Of a stretch of DNA of 10,900 nucleotides, positions 1-7,459 are shown one piece after another. The stretch comes from Chlamydiota bacterium (GTDB lineage Bacteria > Auribacterota > Tritonobacteria > UBA1439), in contig JBAXOY010000101.1 of the NCBI GenBank assembly GCA_037133055.1, positions 1 through 10,900 on the forward strand, given 5' to 3'. Numbering within the stretch: the first letter of the stretch is position 1; every line of letters begins with the position of its first letter. Under the pieces are notes generated by a model, which was not told the DNA's origin, searched no databases, and saw nothing but the letters and a program-made list of their open reading frames with translations. Made by a program: the position numbers and the translations under genes.

Positions 1-2191
1 TTCCTGGATTCTCCAGGCGCCCCGCCGGTGCGTCGAGCACCACGGTCCTCCGCGGATCATTCGTTTTGATCAGCCCCAGGCTCTCATACCCGTCGCGGGC
101 GACGACGGCATTTCGCACCACGAACGCCCTCGGCATGCTCGCGCGGTTGGCGTACACGAGTGTGCGCCCATAGCTCCTGCCGAGCGGGTCGCGGTATCCC
201 GGCGGCGCCTGCCATTCATAGACAAGCTCCATCGCCGGGTGCAACAGCGGCGCGCCCGTAAGAACATACTTCACGTTCAGGAGGTTGAGGAGGTTGAGGT
301 TGTCCGCACGCCGCGCGGGCGCGTCCAGAGCGGTCCCCGCGATCTCCAGATAATTCCTCAGCTCGTAGTCGAAGTCGCTCGCGCCGAGGCTGTGCCTCCC
401 CTCGAACTCGAGGCAGGCAAGGTAGTCGATGTAATAGCTCAGAAAGACGGATTCAAACCCCTTGATTTTCGCGATCCCCGCAGGCTCGGACTGCTCGAGG
501 GGCACCCCGCCGCCGACCTCGTGTATCCGGAACAGACCGTGGTCCCGCGCGAGAAATTTCGCGACGGGGCCCTGCGCCATCACCTCGCCGGGATATCTCA
601 CCGCGAGCATCGGCAGGCCGAGGGACCAGAGATCGATCAGCACGGCCGCGCACAGTGCGACCGACTTCACCCGCAGCGAGGCGCGCCTCCGGAGCAGCAG
701 GGCGAACACGCACACGGCAATCACCAGGTTTGCGAGCTGCCAGGGAGCGGTGAGGGCCCGCCGCAGCTTTTCATAGTGTGCGGGGACGAGCGCCTGCCAC
801 TCGGCGAGGCTGCGCGTGTGGGGACCCGCCGGGTCGAGGCTGAAGACGAAGCGCACGAGGGCCTTCCCCGCGCCCACCGCCTGATCACCGAAGAACACGA
901 ATGCCGCGATGGCCAGGAGCAGCATCAGGAACGACACGACCGCCGCCCGCGCCACGCCCCTCACCCCGCGCCCCCCCCCTCGAAGGGACGAGAAGCCGTA
1001 TCCGCCGACAATCGCGAACGCGAAGACGAAGAGGGCCAGCATCCGCGAGGGGCAGCGGAAGAGACTGATTCCCGGAAGGAAGCGGTACAACAGAGGAAAG
1101 AAAGGGACCGTCGGCCCCATCGCAAAGAGCAGCGAGAGGATGAGGAGCACCAGGAAAAATGCGTTATACCGGTCCCGACACAGGACGCCCGATGCGGCGG
1201 CGAGCGCGAGGGGGATCAGTCCCACGTACGCGCAGAGCTCCCAGAAGTTGCCTCCTCCCCAGTACGAGGAATCGACCGCCGAGCCCTTGAGGTTGGGGAA
1301 GACCAGCGTCAGCAGGTGTGAAGGCGGAAGCGATAATCCCGAGGCGACCTGGTAGCTGTACATGTTGGCCCGGTAGGCGTACCGGGAGAATTCGACCGCC
1401 GGGAAAAGCTGGACTCCGCCGAGCAGCGCGAAGATCCCTCCTGACAAGGCGAGAGACAGCACGATTTTTGCCTGTTCGCGGACTCCGCGATCCCGGGCCT
1501 CGATCCCCAGCCTGAATGCGAGGTACGCCAGGAGGACAAGCATCGTGTAGTAGAAATACTGCGTGTGCCCCGCAAGGAACTGCATGGCACACGCCGCCCC
1601 CAGCAGCGCGGAGGCGCCTGGGCCCGGCCGACGCACCAGCCTTTCGGCGCACAAGAACACGAACGGTATCCACGCGATGGCGCAAAAATGCCAGTACTGC
1701 CCCGCGAGAAGGCGTGAGGACATATACCCGCAGAAGGCGAATATGAGCGCCGAGAGAAAGGCCTGTTCTCTCTTGCCGGATATCTCCATGACAAAGAAAT
1801 ACATCCCGAGGGCGGCGATCGCGGCGTGCAGGAGAAAGAGGACTCCGTATGCGCCCAGCGATCTGGAGAGGAGAACGAAAATAAAAAAGGGATAGAATAC
1901 GCCAAGTTGGGGAACGCCGTACGGGGGCCTGCCCGAATATGTGAACGGATCCCAGAGCGGGAGTTCCCCATCGCGATACAGGGAATCGACGACAAATGTC
2001 ACCTGGGGGGCGAGGAAGCGCCAGAAATCTGATTTGGGGTGATAGAGCATCGCCCCGGGAGCGAGGAGTATCCGGTAAAAGAAAACGCAGCACAGCAGTA
2101 TGAGCGTTGCGCAATACCGGAGATCAGCCCGCTGCCGAAGCCGATGGTCCTCCGGCCCGCCGGCCGAGCGCGCACCCGCGTTGCGCATCAT
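1..2191 (-). CDS. YfhO-family (GT-C-like) multi-pass membrane protein, 3' end beyond the left edge of the window
   Basis: Not in the ORF track, consistent with no stop inside the window. Manual translation from ATG 2191 (preceded by GGAAAGGGGGA): MMRNAG...LILLCCVFFYRILLAPG..SDFWRFLAPQ...GELPLWDPFTYSGRPPYGVPQLGVFYP...LHAAIAALGMYFF...AWIP...LAGHTQY, and in the same frame near the left edge LLNLLNVKY, VYANRASMPRAFVV, DPRRTVVLD. These are motifs typical of YfhO-like proteins. Confidence 0.85.
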   Translation of the reverse strand, partial: MMRNAGARSAGGPEDHRLRQRADLRYCATLILLCCVFFYRILLAPGAMLYHPKSDFWRFLAPQVTFVVDSLYRDGELPLWDPFTYSGRPPYGVPQLGVFYPFFIFVLLSRSLGAYGVLFLLHAAIAALGMYFFVMEISGKREQAFLSALIFAFCGYMSSRLLAGQYWHFCAIAWIPFVFLCAERLVRRPGPGASALLGAACAMQFLAGHTQYFYYTMLVLLAYLAFRLGIEARDRGVREQAKIVLSLALSGGIFALLGGVQLFPAVEFSRYAYRANMYSYQVASGLSLPPSHLLTLVFPNLKGSAVDSSYWGGGNFWELCAYVGLIPLALAAASGVLCRDRYNAFFLVLLILSLLFAMGPTVPFFPLLYRFLPGISLFRCPSRMLALFVFAFAIVGGYGFSSLRGGGRGVRGVARAAVVSFLMLLLAIAAFVFFGDQAVGAGKALVRFVFSLDPAGPHTRSLAEWQALVPAHYEKLRRALTAPWQLANLVIAVCVFALLLRRRASLRVKSVALCAAVLIDLWSLGLPMLAVRYPGEVMAQGPVAKFLARDHGLFRIHEVGGGVPLEQSEPAGIAKIKGFESVFLSYYIDYLACLEFEGRHSLGASDFDYELRNYLEIAGTALDAPARRADNLNLLNLLNVKYVLTGAPLLHPAMELVYEWQAPPGYRDPLGRSYGRTLVYANRASMPRAFVVRNAVVARDGYESLGLIKTNDPRRTVVLDAPAGRLENPG

Positions 2192-2213
2192 GATCCCCCT
2201 TTCCGGCCCGCGC

Positions 2214-4007
2214 TCATCGCGCACCGGCCCTTCGATAGACGGCCACTCCCCGCTCCTCGAAAATCGCGCGGTACGCGGGGTTGCTTCCGAGGGAGCGGAT
2301 GAAGGGGTTGTTCTGAATGCCACGCGTCTGCTGGTCCTTCGTGTGCATATCCACGATGAGATACTCCGCATCACAGGGGGTTTTGAACATGACCACCATC
2401 CTCTTCGCGAGGTGCGGCGCAAGGTAACGCGGCGTAAAGACGCTCACGTCACAGGGAATGAGGTTCACTGCTCTCCGCAGCGCCTCGGTGTACCCGGCAT
2501 CCGGGGGGGAACCGAACGGATGAATGCCGGCGTGGAGCGTCTCGTTGAGCGGCCCCCGCACGAAGACCGCACAGGAGAGAAAAAGGACAAGAGTGGAGAT
2601 CACGTTCGCCGCCTGACGTTGCGTCGCGAACGGCAGGGCGACGCAACGGGAACAGCGCGCGACCACCGCGACCGCCCCCGCGAACAGGAACGGGACCGCC
2701 GGCAGATAGTAATAGTAGTCGATCAGCCGCGTCGTCTCCTGCGAGGAGATGCCCAGGATCAGATACGTGGGCAGCGCGAAGAGGACCTCGGCACTCGCGA
2801 GGGGGAGGAGGATGCCGAGCGGCATCAGCACCAGGTAGGCGAGCCTGATCATCCCCGGAGACAGGAGCCGCGCACAGACCGCACCGGGTTCAACCAGGAA
2901 CGCCCGCGTGATGCCCCCGATGCACCCGCTCGTGTCCCTGAAGAGAAACCGCATCGTCCCGGGGCCAAGCGCGGGAATGACCACCCACACGGCGATGGCA
3001 AACCAGAGCATGCTTCCCAGTATCGGGATCGCCACCCAGGCCGCGCGCCTTCTCCTGACGAGCGCGTAAATGCCGAACATACCGGTGGTGAGCGCGATAT
3101 CCTCGCGAGTGCTCCAGGCGAGGAGCAGCGCGACCATGAACGCCCCGAGCCTCTTTTGGGCAAAGAAGTACAGCGCGAGGAGGAGGAAGAGCGGCGCATA
3201 ATGCATGAAGTAATAGGGGACCAGCGCCTGGTAGCTTATTCCCGGGTGCATGAGATACGAGAGCGCGAAGCACGCGGCCGCATACCCGCCGAGATCGTCT
3301 TGTGCGAAACGGTACACCACGAGCCCGCCCAGGCCGAGCGCCAGCGCGTCCAGCGCGAAGATTGTCGCACAGTGCGGGGCGCATTTAAAGAACGGCACCA
3401 GGAGAAACATGATCGGGCACAACTGCTTTCCGAAACGCGAGCAGCCGGGATAGTGCTCCTCCGTATTCCAGAACAGCCTGCCGTGGAGAGAGGTCCAGAA
3501 CGACTGGGTAAACACACACAGGTCGTGCCCCGGATACCCGAAGGCGCGGTACATGGCGACGGAGTGAACGATCGCGGCACCCGTGAAGATGATGATCGCC
3601 GCGATCACTATCGCACGCGAGCGCCGTTCCAGTCCGCTCTCCCATGCCGGAGACGCAGCGGAAAACATGAGAAAAACCACCGCAACGAAACCGCTGACCG
3701 TGATCGCGGCAAGCGCAACGGAAATGACAAGCGATGGCCCGGTGCCGACGAGATAATCGGGGAAGAAAAACATCGGGATCAGCAGGGCCAGAAACGGCAC
3801 GCTCGCCACAAAATGACCGCCTTCTCCCGCCCTGCGCACGAGGGCGCGCCACAGGCAAAGCGACGCCGCAGCGCCCGCCGGGGGAACGGCGGCCCACAGA
3901 AGGGGCTGGGTATCTCCGCCCGCGAGGCAGGCGAACACGCCCGCGAGGCCGCCCGCCACTGCCGCAAAAGCCCCTGCCGCCAGGACACCGGTAGTCTTAC
4001 TCACCAT
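2214..4007 (-). CDS. DUF2079-like GT-C-type membrane protein (putative glycosyltransferase)
   Basis: C-terminal ~597 codons of ORF 2214..4295. Many TM segments; DLCVFTQSFW resembles DLGxFxQxxW; also YLMHP and WSTRED. Probable start is ATG 4007 or GTG 4004 after GGCAGGGAG; the upstream in-frame extension is IS66-derived. Confidence 0.75.
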   Translation of the reverse strand: MVSKTTGVLAAGAFAAVAGGLAGVFACLAGGDTQPLLWAAVPPAGAAASLCLWRALVRRAGEGGHFVASVPFLALLIPMFFFPDYLVGTGPSLVISVALAAITVSGFVAVVFLMFSAASPAWESGLERRSRAIVIAAIIIFTGAAIVHSVAMYRAFGYPGHDLCVFTQSFWTSLHGRLFWNTEEHYPGCSRFGKQLCPIMFLLVPFFKCAPHCATIFALDALALGLGGLVVYRFAQDDLGGYAAACFALSYLMHPGISYQALVPYYFMHYAPLFLLLALYFFAQKRLGAFMVALLLAWSTREDIALTTGMFGIYALVRRRRAAWVAIPILGSMLWFAIAVWVVIPALGPGTMRFLFRDTSGCIGGITRAFLVEPGAVCARLLSPGMIRLAYLVLMPLGILLPLASAEVLFALPTYLILGISSQETTRLIDYYYYLPAVPFLFAGAVAVVARCSRCVALPFATQRQAANVISTLVLFLSCAVFVRGPLNETLHAGIHPFGSPPDAGYTEALRRAVNLIPCDVSVFTPRYLAPHLAKRMVVMFKTPCDAEYLIVDMHTKDQQTRGIQNNPFIRSLGSNPAYRAIFEERGVAVYRRAGAR

Positions 4008-4079
4008 TACTCCCTGCCTGTGAACTTCATGGAAAAACTGATGCGCCACTACGAGACAACCCAATGGATTGCCGTCTCC

Positions 4080-4344
4080 GTTGAGGCATCCGCAGGCGCA
4101 GGTTTTTCCGCCGGAGGCGGATCCGCCTGTGGCGGAGACTTCGGCCTGATGCCCGGTGACCTCCGGCTTCGGCTCGGGCAGGTCGAAGACCCGGCGGCGC
4201 TCGACGCGGGCCGGGGCATGGTTGGCCAGTGAGCGACCGCGCCCCACGCAGCGTTCCACCGGGCGGCGCACCGTGCGGTCGGGCTTGGCGACCATGCGCA
4301 GTGTCTTTCACCGGATGTCCGGGCCGGCCGCCGGTGGGCCGACC
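4080..4344 (-). mobile_element. Degenerate IS66-family transposase (TnpC) internal fragment, zinc-finger region
   Basis: GRPTGGRPGHP / frameshift near 4303-4312 / KTLRMVAKPDRTVRRPVERCVGRGRSL...VERRRVFDLPEPKPEVTGHQAEV[insert]KTCACGCLN matches the recalled TnpC pattern GGQPGHxGxTL..PD..H....CxxCG..L...RRQVFDLP....EVTEHQ...K.C.CG. No catalytic domain or terminal repeats were seen. Confidence 0.8.
4107..4136. repeat. 30-bp tandem double palindrome TCCGCC-GGA-GGCGGA-TCCGCC-TGT-GGCGGA (REP-like miniature element)
   Basis: Read directly from the sequence: two 15-bp hairpin units. It encodes SATGGSASGG on the minus strand and interrupts EV|KTC of the IS66 fragment. Confidence 0.85.
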
Positions 4345-4447
4345 CCTGCCTGCCCCCGTCTGCCGGCGTGCAAGGTCAGGCTCCTCCTCAAGAGGGGGAA
4401 GGGGGAAAAAGGTATGAGCCCCCTCTACGCGACCCCCTGCCACCGGA

Positions 4448-4744
4448 TTATGATTTTCCTTGTTCTACAAGCCTGCTCGTATTTTCGGCGATGCGAAACA
4501 CCACGATAATCAACTCGCACCATATCCTCGCAATAAGCACAAAGAGGAGAAAGACAACGGGAGACACTATGAGAAACAAAATCCCCCTGCCCGCACCGGC
4601 GTTGAACCCGCCAACAATCAGGACGAAAGCCCAGATTGCGGCAAAGGCAACACCGATTATGAAGAGAATCTTGATGATGCGCGTTGTGACGAATTCCGTG
4701 AAGGACAGATCGAAAAGCATGCCGATTGAACCGTTGTCTTGCAT
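4448..4744 (-). CDS. DUF4282-family small membrane protein (98 aa)
   Basis: MQDNGSIGMLFDLSFTEFVTTRIIKILF...LIARIWCELIIVVFRIAENT fits the FDxSFxxFxT..IIK and RxxxE..IVxFxIxEN motifs. AAGGAG SD (4751-4756) sits before ATG 4744. Confidence 0.8.
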   Translation of the reverse strand: MQDNGSIGMLFDLSFTEFVTTRIIKILFIIGVAFAAIWAFVLIVGGFNAGAGRGILFLIVSPVVFLLFVLIARIWCELIIVVFRIAENTSRLVEQGKS

Positions 4745-4835
4745 GATATGCTCCTTGGTTGTCAGATTAACGATACGCATCAATCTCACATCTCACGCTA
4801 CATAACGTCGAAGTCGGATTTCCGTCCCTCCTTTC

Positions 4836-6419
4836 CTATGCCCTCCGGCGACTGAACTCCCGCCAGAGCTCCCCGAGTTCGGGCGACTTGACGGCGAGCG
4901 CCGTCAGGGCGTACGCCGCGATGCCCGCCGCGAGGGGGACAAACACCCTTGCTGACTTCCCCCCGAGATGGTCCGCCGCCGTGTGCGCGGCAACCACCCG
5001 GCACACCCCCCAGGCGACCGCGGCCATCGCGGTGGTGGCCGCGGCGATTTTCGCGAGCGATTCCCTCACCCGCCGCAAACCGAGCCGCCCCACCTTCTTC
5101 CGAAGCAGCCATAGGAGCATCGAGAGATTGATGAACGACGAGACGGAGGTCGCGAGCGCGATGCCGCCGTGCCGGAGGGGGACCATGAGGGCGAAGTCCA
5201 GCACGATGTTGGCGCCCACCGCCACGCAGGCCACCCGCACGGGCGTCCGCGTGTCCTCGAGCGAATAGAAACAGCGCACGACCACCGAGACGCCGCCTGA
5301 CGCAAAAAGCCCGAGCGAGTAGAAGAGCAGGGCGGTATACGTCGGGTCGGTGCTCCCCGCCGCGAGAAACTGCCCCCGCTCGTAGAGGAGACGGATGATG
5401 GGCCTCCCGAGCACCATGAGCCCCGCCGCGGCGGGGATGATGACGAAGAAGGAGAGGCGCAGCGCGTAGTTCATCGCCTCCTTGAGCTTCCCGAGGTCCC
5501 CCGCGATTGCGTATCCGGCCATGAGGGGGAAGGCGACGGTCGTGATGCCGATTACGAACGTGCCCATGGGGAACTGGATGAGGCGGGTTGCGGCATAGAG
5601 ATAGGTCACGCTCCCCTCCGGGAGAAGGGAGGCGACAAGGTTGTCCACCAGGAGGTTGACGTGGTACACCGCGAGCCCGATGGTCGCGGGGATCATGAGC
5701 CGGACGATGCGCCGTATCTCGGGGTGGGTCCATACTCGTCCGATGACCAGGATGAATCCCTTCCTGCGGAGGACCGGTATCTGCATCGCCAGTTGCACCG
5801 CGCCCCCGAGCAGGACGCCGAGGCCGAGGGCGAACACGTGTTCGTCGGGCCGCGTCCCCCAGTGCGGAGCGATGACGAGCGCGGAAAAGATCAGCACCGC
5901 GTTGAAGGCGGCCTGGGAGAGAGCGGGCATGGCAAAGTGCTTCAGTGAGTTCAGGACCCCCATGCAGAGGGCCACGAGGGAAACAAAGATCAGGTAGGGA
6001 AACAGCATGCGCGTAAGTCCCACGGTGATCCGGAACTTTTCCGCGGTGGCGGCCTTGGCGGCCCAGCCACAGAGCGCGACGCGCACGATCCACGGGGCGA
6101 AAACGACTGCGGCCGCCACGATGACACCCGTCGCGGCGAGAAGGACGATCAACACGGCCGTGACCAGCTCCCAAGCCTCCCTCCGCGACTTGTTCCGCAG
6201 ATAGTCGCTGAAGACCGGGATGAAGGCGGCGCTCAACGCCCCCTCCCCCATCAGATAGCGCAGTGTGCTTGGGATGCGGAAGGCGGCGTAGAACGCGTCG
6301 GTGAGCATCGGCGGGAAGATCTTGAGGATGATCATGTCCCGCGCAAGGCCAAGGATGCGGCTCACGAGCGTCGCCAGGCCGACGACGGAGGCTGACCGCG
6401 CGATGCGCATTGTTGCCAT
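4836..6419 (-). CDS. murJ: Lipid II flippase MurJ (MviN)
   Basis: 527 aa with TLVSRILGLARD, DAFYAAFRIP, GEGALSAAFIPVF, YLYAATRLIQFP, LLYERGQF, FYSLEDTRTPV, HGGIALATS. Confidence 0.96.
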   Translation of the reverse strand: MATMRIARSASVVGLATLVSRILGLARDMIILKIFPPMLTDAFYAAFRIPSTLRYLMGEGALSAAFIPVFSDYLRNKSRREAWELVTAVLIVLLAATGVIVAAAVVFAPWIVRVALCGWAAKAATAEKFRITVGLTRMLFPYLIFVSLVALCMGVLNSLKHFAMPALSQAAFNAVLIFSALVIAPHWGTRPDEHVFALGLGVLLGGAVQLAMQIPVLRRKGFILVIGRVWTHPEIRRIVRLMIPATIGLAVYHVNLLVDNLVASLLPEGSVTYLYAATRLIQFPMGTFVIGITTVAFPLMAGYAIAGDLGKLKEAMNYALRLSFFVIIPAAAGLMVLGRPIIRLLYERGQFLAAGSTDPTYTALLFYSLGLFASGGVSVVVRCFYSLEDTRTPVRVACVAVGANIVLDFALMVPLRHGGIALATSVSSFINLSMLLWLLRKKVGRLGLRRVRESLAKIAAATTAMAAVAWGVCRVVAAHTAADHLGGKSARVFVPLAAGIAAYALTALAVKSPELGELWREFSRRRA

Positions 6420-6442
6420 GGCTATAGTATTCTCAGGTTCCG

Positions 6443-6469
6443 CAAAACTTCATACACAAAACTTCATAC
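6443..6469. repeat. Direct repeat CAAAACTTCATAC x2 (14-bp period) in the murJ/rpsT divergent spacer
   Basis: Exact 13-mers at 6443-6455 and 6457-6469. Confidence 0.85.
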
Positions 6470-6472
6470 CCG

Positions 6473-6501
6473 TTGACATTCGGGCGGGAAGTTGGTACAC
6501 A
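6473..6501 (+). promoter_or_regulatory. Putative sigma70 promoter of rpsT
   Basis: Perfect TTGACA (6473-6478), 17-bp spacer, then TG-G-TACACA (extended -10, last base non-consensus). Confidence 0.55.
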
Positions 6502-6561
6502 TGCACCCCACACGGTGAATCCGCTCACGGGGCCGCGACATCCCACAGGAGGAAGCACACA

Positions 6562-6816
6562 ATGCCGACCAGAAAATCCGGTATGAAGCACATGCGCTCG
6601 GACGAGAAGAAGCGCATCCGCAATGCGCGCGTGAAATCCGCTCTGAAGACGCTCGCGAGGAAATACGAGCTCCTCGTCGAGAAGGGGGACAAGGAAGGGG
6701 CCGCGAAGCTCTTTCCCTCCGTCGCATCCGCCATGGACAAGGCCGCGAAGAAAAAGATCATCCCCGAGAACAGGGCGAGCCGGCAGAAATCCCGCCTTGC
6801 CCGCAAGATCGCCTGA
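6562..6816 (+). CDS. rpsT: 30S ribosomal protein S20
   Basis: MPTRKSGMKHMRSDEKKRIRNARVKSALKT...SAMDKAAKKKIIPENRASRQKSRLARKIA (84 aa). AGGAGG SD at 6547-6552. Confidence 0.96.
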   Translation: MPTRKSGMKHMRSDEKKRIRNARVKSALKTLARKYELLVEKGDKEGAAKLFPSVASAMDKAAKKKIIPENRASRQKSRLARKIA

Positions 6817-6834
6817 ACCCTCCCCATAATGTTG

Positions 6835-6883
6835 CCGCGGCCATTCGGGACATTCCCGTGGCCGCGGATTTCATTTCCTCTTT
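6835..6883 (+). terminator. Intrinsic terminator hairpin between convergent rpsT and lptE
   Basis: CCGCGGCCA-TT-CGGGA-CAT-TCCCG-TGGCCGCGG (6835-6867) followed by T-rich ATTTCATTTCCTCTTT. Confidence 0.7.
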
Positions 6884-6889
6884 CCCCGT

Positions 6890-6910
6890 AACCCAGAAAC
6901 CAGAACCCGC
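6890..6910. repeat. Imperfect heptamer tandem repeat AACCCAG-AAACCAG-AACCCGC
   Basis: Read directly, just downstream of the lptE stop. Confidence 0.5.
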
Positions 6911-6914
6911 GGTA

Positions 6915-7418
6915 TTACCACCTCTCCGTGACCCGCTCTACGATGTGTGAGGCGAGGTCCTCGAGCGCGAACGGCGTGGCTATCCTCTCCGACTCGGGGA
7001 GGGTGACGGTGACGAAGAAGGCCTTCTCTCCCTCGACCCTCTTTGCGCTCCAGATCACCTTGCGGGTCTTCGCATCCCTCAGTATCAGGTCCGCCCCGAT
7101 TGTCAGCCGGTACTCCCGCGTGATGTCGTTCTTGTCGTAGCGCAGCGCATCGCGGTTGTAGCTCGTGAGGGTGGTCTCAAGTATGACATCGGCTTCCTTC
7201 TCGTTCACGACCATGTAGGTGCCGTCGATCTGAAAGGCGGTGACGATGCTGCTGGTCGCGCGGGCGCCGATGGCCGGCTCCTTCGTGTTGTTCTTGACCA
7301 TCGGGATATATACCGTCTTGATCGGGTCATCGGGGTTCACCGCGCCGACACGGTACCCGCATCCCGCCAGGGAAACCACCGCCATGCCCACGAGCGCAAC
7401 CGCCAGCAGCTTTTTCAT
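6915..7418 (-). CDS. lptE: LptE-family LPS-assembly lipoprotein
   Basis: MKKLLAVALVGMAVVSLAGC|GY lipobox; IKTVYIPMVKNNT, EADVILETTLTSY, EYRLTI, KVIW, LASHIVERVTERW. AAGGAG SD before ATG 7418; downstream of a bamD-like gene. Confidence 0.85.
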   Translation of the reverse strand: MKKLLAVALVGMAVVSLAGCGYRVGAVNPDDPIKTVYIPMVKNNTKEPAIGARATSSIVTAFQIDGTYMVVNEKEADVILETTLTSYNRDALRYDKNDITREYRLTIGADLILRDAKTRKVIWSAKRVEGEKAFFVTVTLPESERIATPFALEDLASHIVERVTERW

Positions 7419-7445
7419 CGTTGCTCTCCTTTTTGCCCGGGCGCT

Positions 7446-7454
7446 ATAGTACCA
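7446..7454 (-). promoter_or_regulatory. Putative extended -10 element (TG-G-TACTAT) upstream of lptE
   Basis: Minus strand reads TGTGGTACTATAGC about 30 nt before the lptE ATG. The -35 position falls within the heptamer repeat (TTGGGA at 18-bp spacing). Confidence 0.45.
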
Positions 7455-7459
7455 CATGT

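Noticed and set aside
278..303. GAGGTTGAG repeats
   Set aside because: Simply encode NLNLLNLLN before the VKY motif of the YfhO-like protein.
239..2114. ORFs 239..1321 (+), 1164..2114 (-) and 1309..1995 (-)
   Set aside because: Shadow or alternative frames over the YfhO-like gene, which lies in the third minus-strand frame.
2100..4232. 710-aa plus-strand ORF
   Set aside because: In-register antisense shadow of the DUF2079-like gene; R/H/G-rich with no recognisable motifs.
4008..4447. Intact IS66 element with terminal inverted repeats
   Set aside because: No matching GTAA...TTAC ends, no target duplication and no catalytic domain; only an internal fragment is present.
4798..6174. 458-aa minus-strand ORF
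   Set aside because: Alternative frame of murJ; R/G/P-rich with no motifs.
6506..6532. Possible hairpin CCCC..GTGA/TCAC-GGGG in the rpsT leader as an autoregulatory element
   Set aside because: Short, bulged stem in GC-rich DNA; cannot be supported without covariation data.
6301..6561. N-terminal extension of the rpsT ORF (171 aa)
   Set aside because: Overlaps murJ and the promoter; the SD and S20 similarity place the start at 6562.
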